Virus record (IMG/VR): IMGVR_UViG_3300020034_000010
Span: 7,264-71,263 of that record
Strand: one strand, 5' to 3'
From: a virus
Length of the DNA: 64,000 nucleotides
A program made the translations under genes and the position numbers. Shown piece by piece: positions 60,444 through 64,000 of this stretch (position 1 is the stretch's first letter; each line of letters opens with the position of its first letter). The notes below the pieces were generated by a model. That model saw nothing but the letters and a program-made list of their open reading frames with translations. It was not told where the DNA came from and searched no databases.

Positions 60444-60868
60444 GAGACACATTCATCAACCCTCGTAATGGGGAACAGTACGAATGGCAAGTGGGGCATA
60501 AGTCCGAGGAACCAACCTCGAAGACCAGGCAGATTTCGGAGTCCGCGAACACGAACAACACCGGGCTCGTGAAGCAGCAGGGCGATGTTCAGCCGCTCGT
60601 GTTGAAGTACTCGGGCTCGATCCTGCACAAACATCAGAACCAGGAATTCTGGCGCTGGTACCAGCTCTGTGAGACGCAGACGGTCTTCTTCCGTGATTTC
60701 GCGGGCAACGAATACGAGGTCATCATCACTGACTATGCCCCGAAACGTGAACCCACCATTCGGAACCCGAAGGACTTCAAAAACGCGCCTCTCTGGTTCT
60801 GGCAGTACACCCTCACGATGGAGGTCGTCCGCGTGATTTCAGGGGAACTCGCCGGCCTCACCCCCTGA
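60440..60868 (+). CDS. Distal tail protein (putative)
   Basis: Directly after the tape measure gene. Confidence 0.55.
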   Translation: MRDTFINPRNGEQYEWQVGHKSEEPTSKTRQISESANTNNTGLVKQQGDVQPLVLKYSGSILHKHQNQEFWRWYQLCETQTVFFRDFAGNEYEVIITDYAPKREPTIRNPKDFKNAPLWFWQYTLTMEVVRVISGELAGLTP

Positions 60869-63000
60869 TGCCAACGCAGGAGCAGATAGCTGAGCAGCGC
60901 CACCGGTGGCTGTCGATGAAGCACGTCGGCGAAGCTCGACCGGTGGTGCGCGCGTTCGTCCGCAAGGGGCACTTCCAGCGCCACTACAAACGGGTGCCCG
61001 ACTCAGAGGTCTACGGCTTCATCCCGGGCCTGCTGACGCCCAACGACGTTTGGTATGGCGAATGGGTACCCGACACCGATTACGTCGAGATCCCGAACGT
61101 CAAGGACGCCAAAGGCGACCAGGACTACAGCCAGAACGGCATCGAGCAGGTCACGATGTCGATCGACAACATCGCCATGGTCGCGCAGGAGGGTGCCCTC
61201 GGGGCTCTCTTCCACACCATAGAGCGGGGGTACTACAGCCCGGAGCGCGGTCAGAGGTCCAGCCGCGGTGAGGCTGCCGGCACCAAAAACGAGTGGTTCA
61301 ACACGTGGAAGGACAAGTCCACGCAGATCATCATTGTCGGTGGATACGGCGAGGCCGTCTTCCCCCTGCATCTTGGTCTCATCGACAAGGTGTCGTTGAC
61401 CTCCAGACCCGACATGATCTCGGTGACGATGCGAAGCATGGGGCAGTACATCACCGACCAGCACATCTTTATGGACGCGAAGAACTTGTGGGCTCGGGAC
61501 CCGATCACCTTCGCCGATCGCGTTGACGTGCAGGAAGGCCCGAACGTCGCCAACAGCGCGCAGGCGAAGTCACATCGGAGTGGTTATCCGGCGAGCATGG
61601 CAGTAGACGGGAACACGAAGAGCCTCTGGCTGTCGGATGGGCACAGCGATAGCCGCGATATCGAGTGGATCGAGTTCCCGCTCTCCGGTGGACACTTCCT
61701 GAAGATGGAGCTGTTCCCTGCCTTCGAGAATCTGGAGATGTTCGTCTCGGTCTTCACTACCAACGAAAACGTCCCCGGTGGTGGCAAAGCGCGCTATCAA
61801 GGTGGCGAGGTTCTCGGTGAAGGCTGGGTAGATGGCGGGCTCGGTCATGTGCCCGGCACAACGATTCCCTACGTCAACAACGTGCCGATGATCCGCGGCG
61901 CCCTCACGACCTACCCGGTTACCAAGAGCGGCAGGAAGATCGTCTCCGGTGACAACACCCGCATCCGTATCTGGTTCCGCAACCTCCACAAAGCGAAGAC
62001 GGACAACGGGCTTGGCTTCAACTTCCGCGCCGGTGTCAAGGAGTGTCGCATCCACGACTCTTCGATCCCCGAGGCAGCGAAAAAGGGCCACTGGATTCTG
62101 ATCGACGACGTGTCCGACATGGTGAAGATGGTCCTGCAATGGGCCGGGTTCCATGACTTCGAGGTCGAGACCTGCGGGGTGCGGCTGTCAGACAAGGTGA
62201 CGTTCGATCGCTCCAAATTCCTGATCGACCCGATCAACTACCTCAAAGAACAGGTCGGCTACGTCTTCTACGTGAAACCGCCTGACGACTTCGATCTCAC
62301 CGACCTCACCCCGGGTAACAAAAAAAACCTGACGATGGGGACTGCGGTGTTCAGACAGCAGAGCGCCATGAAGCAGGAATCGCCGGACCCGATCGAGTCG
62401 GTTAGGGACGACAACCTGCTCACCGGGGTCAACGCCGAATTCGATGCCAACGCTCTCCCGGATTCGATCAGGGTGAGGGGAAAGGCTGTCGCCGATGCAA
62501 TCGCCAAGCGAGACCCGCACCACATCCATCCTCTCGGCGCCGATCGGACCAAGCGCTTCCAGGCCAGCTACCGGCCCGTGTGGGCTCGGAAAGGAAGCCA
62601 GGGCGCTGCGCACCTTCGCCGGCCGGTGGTCCACTATGACTATCTCCTCGACGACCAGTACCTCTGTGAAGTCGCCTGTCTCCTGATCGCTTTCCAGGCA
62701 GCCCTCGGGTCAGCGAAAGGCGAGATCGAGATCCCTGCGTGGCCGATGATCCATCTCGACTACCAGACGTTGCTCTTCGACCGCGGCACTGGCATGTCCA
62801 CCCGACTGTGGAATGTGCAGCGCACCTGGAATTACGTCTCGGGTGCGGAGGTCGAATTCAAGATGAACCTCGGTGGCGCCTTCATTGACATCGACGACGT
62901 TGCAGAAACTCGCGAGGAGCTGGAGGAACTGCTTAACGAAGGTGGGCGCATGCCGGCGCCGATCGCCCGCGCGCCCTGGACCAAACCGGTGACGTTCTAA
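60868..63000 (+). CDS. Baseplate hub/Tal-like protein with inserted discoidin-like domain
   Basis: YPASMAVDGNTKSLWLS...EWIEF; position. Confidence 0.6.
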   Translation: MPTQEQIAEQRHRWLSMKHVGEARPVVRAFVRKGHFQRHYKRVPDSEVYGFIPGLLTPNDVWYGEWVPDTDYVEIPNVKDAKGDQDYSQNGIEQVTMSIDNIAMVAQEGALGALFHTIERGYYSPERGQRSSRGEAAGTKNEWFNTWKDKSTQIIIVGGYGEAVFPLHLGLIDKVSLTSRPDMISVTMRSMGQYITDQHIFMDAKNLWARDPITFADRVDVQEGPNVANSAQAKSHRSGYPASMAVDGNTKSLWLSDGHSDSRDIEWIEFPLSGGHFLKMELFPAFENLEMFVSVFTTNENVPGGGKARYQGGEVLGEGWVDGGLGHVPGTTIPYVNNVPMIRGALTTYPVTKSGRKIVSGDNTRIRIWFRNLHKAKTDNGLGFNFRAGVKECRIHDSSIPEAAKKGHWILIDDVSDMVKMVLQWAGFHDFEVETCGVRLSDKVTFDRSKFLIDPINYLKEQVGYVFYVKPPDDFDLTDLTPGNKKNLTMGTAVFRQQSAMKQESPDPIESVRDDNLLTGVNAEFDANALPDSIRVRGKAVADAIAKRDPHHIHPLGADRTKRFQASYRPVWARKGSQGAAHLRRPVVHYDYLLDDQYLCEVACLLIAFQAALGSAKGEIEIPAWPMIHLDYQTLLFDRGTGMSTRLWNVQRTWNYVSGAEVEFKMNLGGAFIDIDDVAETREELEELLNEGGRMPAPIARAPWTKPVTF

Positions 63001-63470
63001 TGCCGGAGCCGAGCCTCCAGAGACTGGAGAGGTCCTTCAAGACGATCAGGATCGGGGCCGTTCGCGACTCCCAGAAGATCCGTGAAAAGGCCGCGGAAGA
63101 CGGTCTGATCGAGCGAGAGGAACAGGTCCACATTGACATCGAGGGGCGGGCCGAGGAGTTCGCTGCCTGGAAAGAAGTGCACATCGACTTCGCGACGATC
63201 TTCGTCGATGCCACCGGCCAGCGCGATTCGCCCTTCGACCGTCCGCATGTCACCGTCGGCGCCGAGCTGTATACACCATCGCCGGTGGCTCTTCATGCCG
63301 TCGTGATGGCCTGGAAAACGAACGACCGAAACGAAACGCTTGGCGCGACCGTCGCAGTAGGAGTGTCGAGTACCGACAAAACGACGAAGTTCAAAGGCGT
63401 CATCCATTGCAGCTTCCAGGGCTTCGGCCAGCCACTGAACACCTTCAACGATGAGGAACTGACGACATGA
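63000..63470 (+). CDS. Minor tail protein
   Basis: TAATG coupling; position. Confidence 0.55.
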   Translation: MPEPSLQRLERSFKTIRIGAVRDSQKIREKAAEDGLIEREEQVHIDIEGRAEEFAAWKEVHIDFATIFVDATGQRDSPFDRPHVTVGAELYTPSPVALHAVVMAWKTNDRNETLGATVAVGVSSTDKTTKFKGVIHCSFQGFGQPLNTFNDEELTT

Positions 63471-63490
63471 CACGGAAACAGGTGAGCTAA

Positions 63491-64000
63491 GTGCGCAAGA
63501 CCCCGTTTGCAGGGCTATTGGTCCCCGAGCCCGGGGAGTCGATCAACGAGGACAACGGGTCCTTCTTCACCGACCGCGATGTCATCGATCACCTGCTCGA
63601 AGTCGGCTCCAAGACCCACCGGCACAACGGGCTCGTCGGCCTACCGAATCCGATCGTGGCGCCCGGCGTCTCTGTGGTCGCCTCAGGCGGAACGATCCCG
63701 GCCGAAGAGTCGATCACCGTCGGCTACACCCTGGAGGACGCTCAGAACGGCGAGACGATGCTCAGCAACGTCACCGTGGTCTCGACGCCGCCACCGATCC
63801 AGGCGCCCGGTGCGGCGCCCAGCGGCGTCTTCGCTAACGACTCCGGCTCGCTGCTGGTCAACACCTACTTCTACGCGCTGACATTCACCGACGGCGAAGG
63901 GGGCGAGACTCCCTATGGCGCCTCGCTTCAGGTCGAGCGGCCACCTGGGTTCGCCAGCGGGCGCATCCAGCTCTCCAACCTGACCTTCGGCATGGAAGCG
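63491..64000 (+). CDS. Minor tail protein, truncated by the window end
   Basis: GTG start MRKTPFAGL...HRHNG...GET; frame open to the end of the window. Confidence 0.65.
   Translation, partial: MRKTPFAGLLVPEPGESINEDNGSFFTDRDVIDHLLEVGSKTHRHNGLVGLPNPIVAPGVSVVASGGTIPAEESITVGYTLEDAQNGETMLSNVTVVSTPPPIQAPGAAPSGVFANDSGSLLVNTYFYALTFTDGEGGETPYGASLQVERPPGFASGRIQLSNLTFGMEA

Noticed and set aside
1-64000. Alternative genetic code or stop-codon recoding
   Set aside because: Long genes are intact in the standard code, all three stop codons end genes, and the tRNA is not a suppressor.

Overview
A 64-kb, high-GC segment of a large tailed phage genome. It is probably a siphovirus (long tape measure, tail tube, no sheath) infecting an actinobacterium; one winged-HTH gene hints at Thermoleophilia/Solirubrobacterales. 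Layout: (1) 104-7747, a leftward operon with an 881-aa unknown protein and an orphan RuvB-like ATPase. (2) 7850-10760, a compositionally distinct rightward block with a divergent sigma-like gene and repeated motifs. (3) 11400-30180, dozens of small accessory genes, including a GT2 glycosyltransferase, a CatB-like acetyltransferase, a multi-ubiquitin-domain protein, an orphan Phd antitoxin domain and a YkgJ protein. (4) 30190-33820, lysis. (5) 34670-64000, packaging, head and tail genes. No replication or integration genes are visible. Most notable: an antisense island in the neck genes (bidirectional -10, small ORF, tRNA-Lys(UUU), chromosomal-type parS site, two structured RNA candidates). Also notable are a TCGTAnATTA late-promoter motif seen 7 times (one copy upstream of a nested scaffold start), an HNH gene that duplicated and recoded its neighbour's first 7 codons, and possible ubiquitin-system decoys. 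All family assignments come from motif recognition by eye; no searches were run.
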